This document shows, piece after piece, positions 24,800-38,635 of a stretch of 64,000 nucleotides of DNA (positions within the stretch are counted from its first letter, which is position 1; each line of letters begins with the position of its first letter). The notes under the pieces are model-generated. The model saw only the letters and a list, made by a program, of their open reading frames with translations, was not told where the DNA came from and did not search any database. Origin of the DNA: Convolutriloba macropyga (Eukaryota). Location: the NCBI RefSeq assembly GCF_964194025.1, contig NC_134478.1, positions 12,090,001 to 12,154,000 of the forward strand, given 5' to 3'. The position numbers and the translations under genes are program-made.

Positions 24800-27700
24800 A
24801 GAACAGATATAGTCAGTTCATTCACTAATTCATTCAACTTGGACACATGAAAAAGTTCCCAGAAATAAATTTCACATGCCTACTTCAATCTGTTTCTACT
24901 TGCCACATTATTGTGTCATCAAAAACGCCAGCAGCACAACGAAATTCAGAGTCGAATTCGACGCCTCAGCTAAGTCAGCCAGAGGAGTATCTTTAAACGA
25001 CCGTGTGATGGTTGGACCTCAGCTTCAAAAGGATCTGTTAGGAATTCTGATTCGTTTTCGGTTTCATCAAGTAGCACTATCTACCGACATTGCCAAGATG
25101 TACGGAAAAGTTCAACTTGACGAGGAAGACAAGGATTTTTACAGGGTTTTGTGGAAAAATCCAAAAGACACAGCGGGAAAAACATAAAGACAAGAGTGAC
25201 CTATGGAATAGCATCATCTTCGTACCATTCAATCAGACCCCTCAAAGATTTAGCTGACAGTTGCACCAACACCAACCTCCGCCATGCAATCAATAACAAC
25301 ATGTGTGTGGACGATTTGCTAACAGGAGCCTCATATGTAGTGCACGCAACTCATTTGCAGGACGAAATCATCGCAGCACCGAAAACAGCTTGTTTTGATA
25401 TACGAAAATGGACATCAAGCATTTCAACACTTTTTGGGCGATTGCCTTCCAGTTTTCGCGAAACTTCAGACGAAATGATAATCAACAGCAACGACTACAC
25501 AGTCAAAACCCTTGGATTAAAGTAGAGCCCTGTTCCAGGTCATTTCACCCTCACAGTTTGCCTGAACAAAGAATTTCTCAACACAAAAAAGGAAAATATT
25601 ATCGGAAGTCAAAGTTGTTTGACCCACTCGGATGGTTGTTACCAACAACAATTCAGTTGAAATCCTTCTTGAAAATTGTTTGAATGGTCAAGTTGACCTA
25701 AATTTGCGCTGCACCTTTGTCATGTTTGGATTTCCAGGTGTTTTGTGACGCCTCAAACACAGCATATGCCGCAATTGTCTAAGTGCGAGAGACAATGGAC
25801 GACCGAGTGCACACACAAATGCCAGCAGCCGAATTACGCGTTACCCCGATCAAAACTTTGTGTTCCACGTTTAGAAATCTGTTCAGCATTTCTTGGATCA
25901 CAATTCTCTCAAGCAGTAAAAGAAGCTATCAATGACAGCCTTTTCCCCAATCCCAGTCTTTGGTTGGACGGATTTACAAGTGACCCTCGCCTGGATTAAA
26001 GATATCCCTAGAAAACGGAAGACTTTCGTTGCTAACCGAGTTGCCAAAATTCAGAGCATTATTCCGTCTGGAAATTGGAAGTTTGTACTAACTGAAGAAA
26101 ATCCAGTTTATTGCACCTCATGATGAATTTCATCCGACAAACTTCTCAATCATCAACTTGGGTGGAAAGGACCGAATTGGTAGCGAGAGGAGCAGTTTTG
26201 GTCGTCACTGGAAGTTACCTCTCTTTTTAACGCGTCAACTGACGCTTTAGACCAAGTAAACTCATCAGCCCAACTATCCCTAGTCACGCAGCACCAGCAA
26301 CAAGACAACCGATATTGGATCATATAAGCAGACAGTCATCAATGCATCGACTTGTAAGAGTCTTTGCTTAAGTAAAACTATTCACTCAACGACTACAAGC
26401 ACGATTGAGAAGAAGGTCAAGCAACAATCACAGCCGGTCATAACCTGAATTCAAACATCCAAATACTTATCAAAAACTAAAACCGAAAGCAGTTTCCGAC
26501 GAACAGCTGCACGGAACTGTTCAGCTAGAGTTTTCTGACAAAGACCAAGATCATCTACAACACATGATGAAACCCCGAGACCAATCTTTAAAAAATTTCA
26601 AAAAAATTTAACAAACCAGCAGGAAAACCCATGCGAAGATTCGGGTTTCTCCTACAATCAGGATCCACCTCATCTGCAGAATATGTGCTGTCGCAACTCA
26701 TCTAATCACTTTGATGAGGACGATTCCCAACAACCACAACCCCTTCTTAAGAGCAGCCATAAAGACCAATCCCAACAGCCAAACTTTCATCACCGCAGTC
26801 AAGGAGCAGAAGATTTGCAACTGCAGCTCTCTTTCCTTGTCCAGCATGCCGAGTCAAAGGAAGAGCAATATACACAATGTTTGAAACAACTTCAGCAAGT
26901 AACCACTGAAATCCAGTCAACACCGACAGACCTGGTTCCATAATCCTGCAATTTTCTTTCCACACCAGACGATAATCCTAAAATTTTAGTCTATTACAAC
27001 CCAAATAAACAGCATCAGCTAATCAATGAACACCATCTAAACGCAACGCAACAAAAACAATCTGAATTAGAGGAACACAGATCAGAGGAAGAATCTGTTT
27101 GTCAACTACAGGCGGATTTAACAGCAAGTCATTCATCGCCGCCAACAATCCTTCTATCAACAGTTAACAAGAAACAACTCATTACACCAAAAGACAACAT
27201 GATGCCTGTCATCAACTTTGCCCATCAAATCTCCGCTCAGCGAGAATAGTCCTCTACAGTATCACGCAAAAACTTTTTCTGCCGGAATTCAGGTAAATAA
27301 AACGATCAACAACACCAGAAGGCTCAACTTCAAACCTACCAGTTGTTAAGTATCCAGAAAACGCATCAAGAAAAACAGTCATCTACTCAGCCTATCCCCA
27401 TTCTTTGACGAAGACAACAACGTCAACTGCGTTGGTGGTCATCTTGCAAATTCCCCATATAGCGTGGACAATAAGATCCCCATAATAATTCGGGAAACAT
27501 CTCCGCTAGCCGAGTTATTCATCCAAGAAAGTCTCTTTAAAAACCTTCACAGCGGTGACCCTTCTGGCCCTACAAACCATTTGGATTCCTGGAGCAATTG
27601 CCAGCGTTAGGAAAGTTATCCACAATTGGAAGCCCTACATACGATTTGACGCCCACATACGCCAGCCATTAATAGGAGATCTGCCAGTAGAACGGATAGT

Positions 27701-30700
27701 CAAATCTTTTGCCTTCCAGTTCACTGGGATGGACTATTGTGGACCATTTCATACCAAAGATTCTTCACAGAAACTGCTAAGATCACACGCAGCTATATTC
27801 ATTTGTTTCACCACTAAGGCAATACACTTAGAGCCAGCGGAAAATGTAACCAAAGAAAATTGCCTCGATACCCTCAAGTGATTCACAGGAGACGCGTTAC
27901 TCCCAAAGAAATGAAGAATTCAAGGATCCCATCAACAATTTTGCAAGCCAAAATCACATTGATTGGTTAACATTACCATCCAATCCAGGACGCCGCATTT
28001 TGGAGGACTATGGGAAGCAGCTGTTAAATCTATGAAGCGCTATCTTTACAGAACAGTTGGATCGACTAAGTTGTCAACAAGTGCTTTCATAACTCTTCTC
28101 ACATAAATTGAGGGCATCCTCAATTCTCGTCATCTAACAGCGTCATCAACCGACATCATTGATACCCTAGCTCTAACCCCTGCATCATCGAAAGACCTAC
28201 CATAGCTATACACGAGCCATCCTCACCAACACCTTGTCATGACATTGGAGAAACATGGACAAAATGATTAGTCAGTTCTGGAGGAAATGGATATTTGAAT
28301 ACTTCTCCTCATTGCAGCAGCCCAACAAATGGAGGACAGAACGTACAACTAGCAGTAGACGATAGTGTGATCATCAAAGAAGAAAACAGTCCCCCAATGT
28401 GTAGGCTGCTTGCTCGTATAACACAGACATTCGGCGGTAATAACATTGTTCGGATTGGTCAAGTAAAAACACAAACTGGTGTTTACATCACACTAGCCAT
28501 TCGCCTCATACCCCTTCATCGACAAGAACCAGAAAATTTTGGAGCAGATTGATTGATTTAGCATTGAGAAAAACCCGAAAATCCTGAATTCGAGCACACC
28601 TTCGACAATATGTACCGAATCAGTTTTCTATGAAATTGATAACATTTCTGACGATTTTCACAAAAACCAAGATGTCAGTTTTAACAAAATCATCTTCTTT
28701 GTAAACTCAACTGTATCCGCATGATACTAACAAAGACAACCTACAGATTTTACAATTGGCCGAGTTCAAGAAGGCCGGGAAAGAACTATCAAGGTCGAAA
28801 GAACTTTCAAGGTCTCAATAAAAATGTAACCAAAATTACCGCCTGTCACGCAGCACCAGCAACAAGACAACCGATATTAGATCATATAAGCAGACAGTCA
28901 TCAATGCATCGACTTGTAAGAGTCTTTGCTTAAGTAAAACTATTCACTCAACGACTACAAGCACGATTGAGAAGAAGGTCAAGCAACAATCACAGCCGGT
29001 CATAACCTGAATTCAAACATCCAAATACTTATCAAAAACTAAAACCGAAAGCAGTTTCCGACGAACAGCTGCACGGAACTGTTCAGCTAGAGTTTTCTGA
29101 CAAAGACCAAGATCATCTACAACACATGATGAAACCCCGAGACCAATCTTTAAAAAATTTCAAAAAAATTTAACAAACCAGCAGGAAAACCCATGCGAAG
29201 ATTCGGGTTTCTCCTACAATCAGGATCCACCTCATCTGCAGAATATGTGCTGTCGCAACTCATCTAATCACTTTGATGAGGACGATTCCCAACAACCACA
29301 ACCCCTTCTTAAGAGCAGCCATAAAGACCAATCCCAACAGCCAAACTTTCATCACCGCAGTCAAGGAGCAGAAGATTTGCAACTGCAGCTCTCTTTCCTT
29401 GTCCAGCATGCCGAGTCAAAGGAAGAGCAATATACACAATGTTTGAAACAACTTCAGCAAGTAACCACTGAAATCCAGTCAACACCGACAGACCTGGTTC
29501 CATAATCCTGCAATTTTCTTTCCACACCAGACGATAATCCTAAAATTTTAGTCTATTACAACCCAAATAAACAGCATCAGCTAATCAATGAACACCACCT
29601 AAACGCAACGCAACAAAACCAATCTGAATTAGAGGAACACAGATCAGAGGAAGAATCTGTTTGTCAACTACAGGCGGATTTAACAGCAAGTAATTCATCG
29701 CCGCCAACAATCCTTCTATCAACAGTTAACAAGAAACAACTCATTACACCAAAAGACAACATGATGCCTGTCATCAACTTTGCCCATCAAATCTCCGCTC
29801 AGCGAGAATAGTCCTCTACAGTATCACGCAAAAACTTTTTCTGCCGGAATTCAGGTAAATAAAACGATCAACAACACCAGAAGGCTCAACTTCAAACCTA
29901 CCAGTTGTTAAGCATCCAGAAAACGCATCAAGAAAAACAGTCTTCTACTCAGCCTATCCCCATTCTTTGACGAAGACAACAACGTCAACTGCGTTGGTGC
30001 TCATCTTGCAAATTCCCCATATAGCGTTGACAATAAGATCCCCATAATAATTCGGGAAACATCTCCGCTAGCCGAGTTATTCATCCAAGAAAGTCACTTT
30101 AAAAACCTTCACAGCGATGACCCTTCTGGCCCTACAAACCAATTGGAATCCTGGAGCAATTGCCAGCGTTGGAAAGTTATCCACAATTGGAAGCCCTACA
30201 TACGATTTGAGGCCCGCATACGCCAGCCATTAATAGGAGATCTGCCAGTAGAACGGATAGTCAAATCTTTTGCCTTCCAGTTCACTGGGATGGACTATTG
30301 TGGACCATTTTATACCAAAGATCCTTCACAGAAACTGCTAAGATCACACGCAGCCATATTCATTTGTTTCACCACTAAGGCAATACACTTAGAGCCAGCG
30401 GAAAATGTAACCAAAGAAAATTGCCTCGATACCCTCATGTGATTCACAGGAGACGCGTTACTCCCAAAGAAATGAAGAATTCAAGGATCCCATCAACAAT
30501 TTTGCAAGCCAAAATCACATTGATTGGTTAACATTAACATCCAATCCAGGACGCCGCATTTTGGAGGACTATGGGAAGCAGCTGTTAAATCTATGAAGCG
30601 CTATCTTTACAGAACAGTTGGATCGACTAAGTTATCAACAAGTGCTTTCATAACTCTTCTCACATAAATTGAGGGCATCCTCAATTCTCGTCATCTAACA

Positions 30701-31405
30701 GCGTCATCAACCGACATCATTGATACCCTAGCTCTAACCCCTGCATCATCGAAAGACCTACCATAGCTATACACGAGCCATCCTCACCAACACCTTGTCA
30801 TGACATTGGAGAAACATGGACAAAATGATTAGTCAGTTCTGGAGGAAATGGATATTTGAATACTTCTCCTCATTGCAGCAGCCCAAAAAATGGAGGACAG
30901 AACGTACAACTAGCAGTAGACGATAGTGTGATCATCAAAGAAGATAACAGTCCCCCAATGTGTAGGCTGCTTGCTCGTATAACACACACATTCGGCGGTA
31001 ATGACATTGTTCGGATTGGTCAAGTAAAAACACAAACTGGTGTTTACATCACACTAGCCATTCGCCTCATACCCCTTCATCGACAAGAACCAGAAAATTT
31101 TGGAGCAGATTGATTGATTTAGCATTGAGAAAAACCCGAAAGTCCTGAATTCGAGCACACCTTCGACAATATGTACCGAATCAGTTTTCTATGAAATTGA
31201 TAACATTTCTGACGATTTTCACAAAAACCAAGTTGTCAGTTTTAACAAAATCATCTTCTTTGTAAACTCAACTGTATCCGCACGATACTAACAAAGAAAA
31301 CCTACAGATTTTACAATTGACCGAGTTCAAGAAGGCCGGGAAAGAACTATCAAGGTCGAAAGAACTTTCAAGGTCTCAATAAAAATGTAACCAAAATTAC
31401 CGCCT
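24800..31405 (+). mobile_element. BEL/Pao LTR-retrotransposon pol remnant (RT, RNase H, integrase), no LTRs recognised
   Basis: Pao motifs YLPH..V.K..S.TTK.RV.FDAS, DIAKMY, VDD, FDPLGW, PRLE, FVANRV, TGMDYCGPF, ICFTTKAIHLE, PHFGGLWEAAVKS.K and the C-terminal VIIKEEN.PP. Heavily frameshifted. Confidence 0.93.
26283..31405 (+). repeat. Head-to-tail tandem duplication, units 26283-28844 and 28845-31405
   Basis: Two ~2.56-kb units, nearly identical, with scattered substitutions and a 1-bp indel. Junction ...ttaccgcct|gtcacgcagc. Confidence 0.97.
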
Positions 31406-31696
31406 GCCCTTACCACGTCACAAGAATTGTAACCTTCACAACGACAAGTTTGTTTCCGTTTGGACTCAAAAAGCAATACAAACAAAAAAGCGTTGAAGCA
31501 GAGCTTCATTAGTAATCAAACATTTTGAAATGCACTTGTATTCAATACGTAAACGACTCGGAGAACCAGGCAACATAATCTCTAAATCTGAAAAATCAGC
31601 GAAATAGCCAGTGTTCTAGCTAAATCGGAAACGTCAAAAAACAATGCTTAATAGAGCCAAAGCGTTTAGAAAAAAAACACAATTTTTAGTAGTTTG

Positions 31697-31846
31697 AGGG
31701 TGTCGGTTGGTAGGTAAGGGGTAGCTTAGTGAGGAGGGTGTGGGGTATCTATGTAGGGGGAAGGTAGGTACCTGGGGGACAGTGGGGGTAGGTTGGTGGA
31801 GGGGGGGGGGGGGGGGTAGGTAGGTAGGAGTGGGGGGTAGTTGGGA
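31697..31846 (+). repeat. G-rich low-complexity tract
   Basis: Many G3-G6 runs and one long G homopolymer (from 31801) in an AT-rich background. Confidence 0.85.
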
Positions 31847-34066
31847 TATGGCAAGCGAAATTCTCAAAATGACCTTTCGACCTAGCACATTACCAGCAGT
31901 TCCTAATGATAATGTAATAGTATCCAAGCTACTGTTAAGTCCATTGTTCGAAAACAGAAGTCAAAGTTCTAAAACAAAATTAAGATTTTGAAAATAAAAG
32001 TCTAAAAAGTACAAGTCATGAACAAAAACTTGCTTCAGACAAAAACATTCAGAAAACCAATACTTCTCGTACTTAACGTCAGTTATACCTATTACTCGTC
32101 ACTTGAGTTTCTATCCTTACCGATTTTCGCCCAGTGTAAACTCTATAGTAAATTAATGGTAAATTAGTTAATTAATTAATTAATTAAGAAATAGTAAATT
32201 AATAAGTCAACAAAAAGCCGGACAATAACCGCGCAATAGACTGTTGAGAACTCCTAAGAGAAACACCAAGACTAAAAATAAAAAACTGCGACACACAAAA
32301 GGATATTCTGATTTCAAATTAGATTAAACTGATTTTCAACACAAACTGTGGATCTTTTCCGTCCCCCAGTACGTTATGCACCCCCACCCCCCGTTACAGA
32401 GAACGCAAAAGATCCCCGGAAAACAGCCAAAGGATTATAACGCTTAGATGACCTCTATTAAATTTTGTTCGAAGTTTTCTAGCTCAATTTGGATTAAAAC
32501 AGGAAGTGCAGAAGACATTTTATTAAGCGAGGTAAGTCGCGCATTCTCAAAAAACTTCTCACATGATTGACCTGAAAACGTACACAGAATCCAGTAACAA
32601 AAGACCTCACACCAACAATATCAGCCGCAGAATGGCAAAATTCGCTCTGTCACTTGGCGCTTGACCAAATGCTCGTATCGAAAGGAAGACAAATGAATTA
32701 AAAAAAACACCAAGAGACCAATAATAACATTGCCGCTATTAAAATTATCTCGTTTTTCAAGTGCCATTTGGTTGTCTACCCTCATTAATAGGGTCAACAT
32801 TGACATCAAACTGGCCTAAGAAAGAAAAATCTTTTCGTTCCAAAATTTGACTAATTTTACATGCCATTTTTCCTTAAGCCAAAAACGCCAAAATGAGCTG
32901 GAAAATTCTCTCACAGCATTTGTCAAAAATTCTTTTGTTGGATTAAACAGTACCTAAATAATAACAAAAGGAATTAGCAATATAGAAAAAATGATGAATA
33001 CTGATTGTATGGTCAATAGCAATATCTAAAATTAAAGAACCAGAAATATATTTGAAATCAAGCATGCTTCTCACAATTCAATGCTTCAGATTTCCCGAGC
33101 TGAAACGAACCGCAAAAACTGTTTTGAAGAAGAACCGTATTCATTAACACCGTCAAGACGCAATTGAAGTTTCAGATACACAAGCTTTTTTTAATGAATA
33201 TCCCAATTTTTATTAAGCAAATCATATCCCAAAATATCCCAACCATTTTTTGATATTTAGTCAATGAGAAACATCACCGACTAACGTCAGATAAATTGCT
33301 CTCAAGAAATTTGGGGGGGGGGGATGGTCGATTCTATTGTAGGCAGTTTCAGTCTAGGAAGTTTGCTTGTGTGCAAGATGGCAACTGAGGGGATTTCAAT
33401 GATGTTGGTTATTATAAACCACCATTAGAAATCACAGTAAAAACGAAACAATTTGCGGAGCAATTTTCACTTGACTCAGATTAGTAAACTGGTGCCAATT
33501 GAAATTGGTGCTAAAAATTGTGAATGAGAGAGCAATTTAGATCATACATAGATTGAAACAATAAGTCAAAAATGATCAAGCAAAAACGTGTCGAAAAAAT
33601 AAGTGAAACCCGCGGCTAGAGTAATTGCTTCAGACTTCGTGTGAGAGTAATTAAACAACAAGCGACAAAATAACAAGCTATGAACAAAAAAAACTAGTTG
33701 CAGTAAGTCCAAAAAATAACGTGACGCTTTCATGAATGAAACTTGCATGAATGAATTAATCAAGTATGGTTTCAGACTGACGTCATCAGATCTTAACAAA
33801 CATCTTGAAGATGGAATAAAAAAACGAAGTGAGCCAAATATTAGCTTCGCTCAGGATTAAAAAGATACATGTCATTTGGAAAAAATAATAATCAAGTCAG
33901 AACAGGTTTTTTAGGGGGCGCTTGAAAATTCATCCAGTTTAGCCCCGGGTTTCTTCTCTCTAAAATTAACCAGCCTTTACAAAAAGCAATTAACTCGCTT
34001 GCTATTTTAGAATATTTCATCAACTCTTCACCACGCTGGCTGAAGTTGTTTCTGTTTCCACAACCC

Positions 34067-34097
<31 letters not shown>

Positions 34098-35256
34098 ACA
34101 CACACTGATTTAAACAAAGGATAGCTTTAAAGAATAGTTCAGCATAACTTTCCCACAGTTCACACATCTTGCTCTTTTGCTCTCAAGAAAACCACCAGTT
34201 GGAGGTTGAGAGCTGTGAAGTCTATCACATTCGCAATCATAACAAAAGATAAGCAGCACCCTAATAATCGCTACAAATTTCTTTCAGAGCAATCAACGCG
34301 ATCGTGATTTGGTTTTTGATAACATCTCTGGTTTTCGATGATTAAACACTCAGAATTTGTCTGCCGAAATTGATACGCATTGTCAGTGAAGAGCGCCGCT
34401 TAGCGTTGTTGAATTGGAAAAAATTACAGGAACTAAAAATGTTTGAAAAATTAGGTATAAAATAATAAATTAGATCAATGTATGAAATGTTATACAAAAC
34501 TTCTGCATTGAAACACTACGAAACAGATTGATTTGTTTTATACAATATAATTTAAATCAATATAACTCTGGCAACACGAGAAAGAATGATCAAGTTTCAG
34601 TTCTTACAAATCAGACGCAAACACTGAGCTGTTGGTTGTTTACAAACAATGAACAAAACTGATTGATAGATTGCGGTAGTTTTGTTTCATGAGAAGTACA
34701 CAAATGTCTATCGGATCTTTTCTCGTTTATATCATGCAGCTACGCTCATTCATAAATCATTAAATTTTATAAATCTCATATTTAATTCCTTGAATCTGAT
34801 TAAAAAACTTTCTAAAATTGATTGGGATTACTATAACCCCCATTACAATCTATGTCTTGCTATATAGCACGTTACTATGTAAAAAATTAGCACGTACGCC
34901 TTGGGGGGGGGGGGGGGGGTTGCTTTTACATCCCACTAAGATGGGGGGCGAAACAGAATTGATTGATTGATTGTTTAGGTCGCAAAATGAAAACTGACTG
35001 ATCAAAATAATTTAACACAGAAATATCATCCGGAATAGAGTCACCCGAAAAAAAACTTCTTCATAAATTTTAATCAGGACAGACCGAGATGAACTTTGTT
35101 CCTGTTATTAGAAAATAACAGTTCGAACTATCTATACACCTCGCTTTTTGTTGAAAAGGTCCGATAAACAGGTAATGGAAATAAAGAGATACGAAGTCCA
35201 ATGTAACATACTTTAGATTAACAACTACTTTCAGTTTTACTCTCTTGACAGCTCTA

Positions 35257-35675
35257 TTAGCAATCTGAGAACACTACTGTTATAAAATGTGCAATCGTAA
35301 GCATTGCCGACCCGTAAAATACCCAATAAGTCCACCCGAACGAAACATTATCGGGTAGTTTAAACTTCTCTCCCCCTATTGCGTGCATGTAAAACCCAGC
35401 GGGGAACAGAACAACAGATACTGACACCAGAATTAGGGATAAGGCCGAGCATACTACACACAGTCGGGTAATGCACCCCCCACTGTTGATGCTGGAACGT
35501 CTCCGGAAGACGCGAGGCAGGCTTAGGATAACTGTGACGAATTGGAAAAAGGCGGAGAGACTGATGAGGATAGCGGTGATCCACCACTCTGGGGGTCTGT
35601 CGTCCAGGAAAGAACAGAATTCTTCCCGTTTGTGAACTCTGTCACATTTTCGTAACAGACCGAATCTGACTTCTC
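35257..35675 (-). CDS. MOSMO: MOSMO second coding exon; joined protein 177 aa, claudin-like tetraspan
   Basis: TTTTCAG| acceptor. Motifs GLLRKC...C, PPEW and LFPAGFY...GG.KFKLPDN...G.TY match the MOSMO motifs GLVRQC, PPEW and IFPIGFY..EVGGQPYKLPNN. 115+419 nt = 178 codons. Confidence 0.9.
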
Positions 35676-36371
35676 CTGAAAACACAATCACGTACCATGG
35701 ATATTACGAGTTACTGTTCGCAGGATATTATTTACAGCACTCAAATGTTCGTGCACTTTTAACAAAAAGAACTGCTGCCATCTAATGTGATATTTTTTTC
35801 AACAGATGTGGAAAACTGTTCACGGCTCTTTCGGTGACAATAAGGGAAACGATTACATAGAAAATAAAAGAGGATGTTTAAAATTATATAATTATGTATT
35901 AATTATAAAGAATAACTACAAAGAGAACACTACAAAGTGACTGAACGAGGAAACAAAACCGAATCATACTTCTGCAACAGAAAAACGTGCACAATTGCCA
36001 TTGTGTTTTACAGTATCTCTAGGATTCGAAATTTGGTTGTTGACACCACAACATATGGAGTGCATATTAAACGAAACTCACACACCATAATACCAGATAA
36101 AATTTACCAATATAAAACAAATATTCCAAATGGGGTGACATAGGACGAACATTTTCAATGTAATATCATTGGTCGGTTACCTGAAATTCATGCAACGCTT
36201 TTAGATCCTCGCGAATATCTCCGAAAGACTGATATCGACACCGACCAATTATTTTTTGGACACTCCCAATTTGTTCGAGTGTTAAGATCTTGAAACAAGC
36301 CTGGCTTTTTTATTGAGTCAATTCTGACTGATCGATATCTTTTCCGGAGAAAAAAAAGATCGAGGGGGTTC

Positions 36372-36850
36372 TAATAGCCTGTTTCGTAGTAAAAGGAAAG
36401 AATTATCCTACTTTCAGGGCAAGAGAGGCTTATGAGACGGGAGCGGTCAAGGAATTCGGAATGCTAGGGCCGACAGTTACAAAGCAAAAAAGGAGGATTT
36501 TTAGTTTCACTCAACTAAGACAGAAAAGATTATTTGGTTACAGCTTGTTAGTTATAAGTTTGTCTTTTCCTGCTCTGAGGCTATTTTGTAGTTGATATTA
36601 TAATGATCAATTAAACAAGGCATATGTATATTAGCTTCACAATAGTACTTTACAACAAACTCCGGGCAACGATTTGCATAATAAATACACTTTGGTAGTT
36701 GGGAGAGGAAATGTAGTTTGCTTCAAACATTGAGGTTTGTTGATTAGTAAAGTTTACAACAAATAAAGGCCGTATACAGAAAGACAAATATATAATATAT
36801 AAAGACATTATGTCCACAGGATAATAACCAAATTTAATTAGGGTACTACA
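36372..36850 (-). repeat. 3' LTR of env-bearing element
   Basis: Collinear with 41214-41691; starts TGTAGTACC on the minus strand directly after the PPT. Confidence 0.88.
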
Positions 36851-37030
36851 CTACCCTACTTTTTTGAAAGTTTTGTCAAAAAAAATTACAGGAGATGAGT
36901 ACTAAATATGAAAATTAGCCACTGAATTGTTATTGTTCGCCAAAGAAGATTTTTAAATGAAAATAAAAATAATGGATGATTTAGATAGCGCAATAGAAGT
37001 TTGATATATTATTTACAGTAGAATAGTTAG

Positions 37031-38635
37031 TTAGTCCTGCGATTCGTCTGCGCTAGCGGTAAGGTCGTCGTATGACAAGCATCTCGAAATTTTGAGTGGG
37101 TTCTGGTTGTTGAACACTTCTGGGACATTGATCTGCGTGATCCAAGCATTTGTGCGCCGAGTGCTACAGAAGCTGTTGCGAGGTTACTGATCGTGACTCC
37201 TGCCTAGTTGATTCATTTTTTCATCAATGCTAAGTTGTAGGTCAAAATTTAGGGGTAGGTTGGCGGACTACTGCAAATCTATGGTAAAGGAAGGTAGCCA
37301 ACGCATGAAGAAGTAAGCTTCCGATGAAAACTATTAATGTTATCATTTACGAAAGTTTAATGGGCACATAGGTCTCTAGTTTAGACACTTAATTTAGCGT
37401 GAGCAGTGTCACTTTGTGGGCTATTGGTTTCGCTATCGATTCTAGTTTGCTTTTGTCGATAACACTTACTCAATATGTGAGTTGCTTTTCAACTTCTCTG
37501 ATTGTTTGCATGTTGGCCTTCATTTTTGTTTCAAAGTAGGGGAGGGTCAATTAGTTCCGGTACAACAGCAATTAGATGCTCCAAAGGGTCGGATAACTTA
37601 ACTTCAATGCGATTGGCTGGAATTCTATCACAACTTTGGCGATCAGGTCGAATTTTGATAAATTTGGATATTAATGGGGCTCAGATGCTGAGAGACGCTG
37701 ATGTGAGGAGCTGGATATCGTAACCAAGAGTTGTTGCTTTTTCTGGTGATGGTAAAAGTGCTTTTTGTGTATCGCAGACTGTTGAAGCTGTTACAGTGGA
37801 GTAAAAAAACAAAGTGGCCACACAACAAGACTGCGCAAAATTAATTTTCATTGTTTGGTGGCAAATACGGTATCGCGATGATCCTTAAGTTTCCGAATTG
37901 CTCTGTTGTTATGACTGTTGTCTCCATAGAATCTTCCGATACAGCAAGGTACTTTCCTTCTGTCAGCCATTGAAGTGCTTCTTCTTGGTCTTGCTGTGGC
38001 ATTGGGATCAAATGTGACTCGTAGATGTTGACGGCTGTTTGGCTTGAAGCTAACGGGATTGACAAAATTAGTAGGAGTCCTAGATCCACTGTCGACACTT
38101 ATCGAATTAGTCTAGAGTCGTAATAGGAACGAAGATTTTGCATCAGTAATGCTAAAGTCAGACGGTTAGATGCCATCTTCTGTCCATCGTATACCGATTT
38201 GAGAATAGAGAGAAGTGATTCTCGAGGTACCAACGACACGAGAAGTCTTTGGTCCAACAGAATCGGGATCGAATTTAACATGATGTTTTAGACATAAAGT
38301 GCTGATCTATAACTTTTTATATCTGAAAAGAGCACGGATAATAGGGACCCAATGGTATCAAAGTAAAAGTTTATGGATTGGAGAAAGGCACTTGATTACA
38401 GTCAAGGAGAAAAAGGAAATTATGTTGAAATAACTTCAAACTGCTCTTCAATGACTTTTCAATTTTTGTTTTGGGATTCATGCATTGTCTTCTGGATTTT
38501 TCAGATTTCAGCCAGTTCGTTGGGAATCAAAGAACCTTTCGTTCGAATCGCTATCGATTTGCAGGAAGTAGTCTGTTAAGAGAGGCATATTCTTTTAGTC
38601 AATGTTTTCGGCATTCTTCGGACAGCTTTCTTGAC
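37031..38635 (-). pseudogene. Envelope (F-type class I fusion glycoprotein-like) remnant, C-terminal part
   Basis: Lies between pol and the PPT. Has the L..L.IPL.....IY....IPMP....YLAVSED pattern reminiscent of baculovirus-F/errantivirus env, spaced Cys residues, and a C-terminal TM ITLIVFIGSLLLHALATFLY-HR plus tail. Confidence 0.68.

Noticed and set aside
31634-31927. Pro-rich 97-aa ORF
   Set aside because: Artefact of translating the G-rich tract on the opposite strand.
35257-35691. LHFPL/claudin call and single-exon start at 35691
   Set aside because: The PPEW and FPxGFY..GG..KLP motifs fit MOSMO better, and the ORF's first residues are intronic, upstream of the acceptor at 35676.
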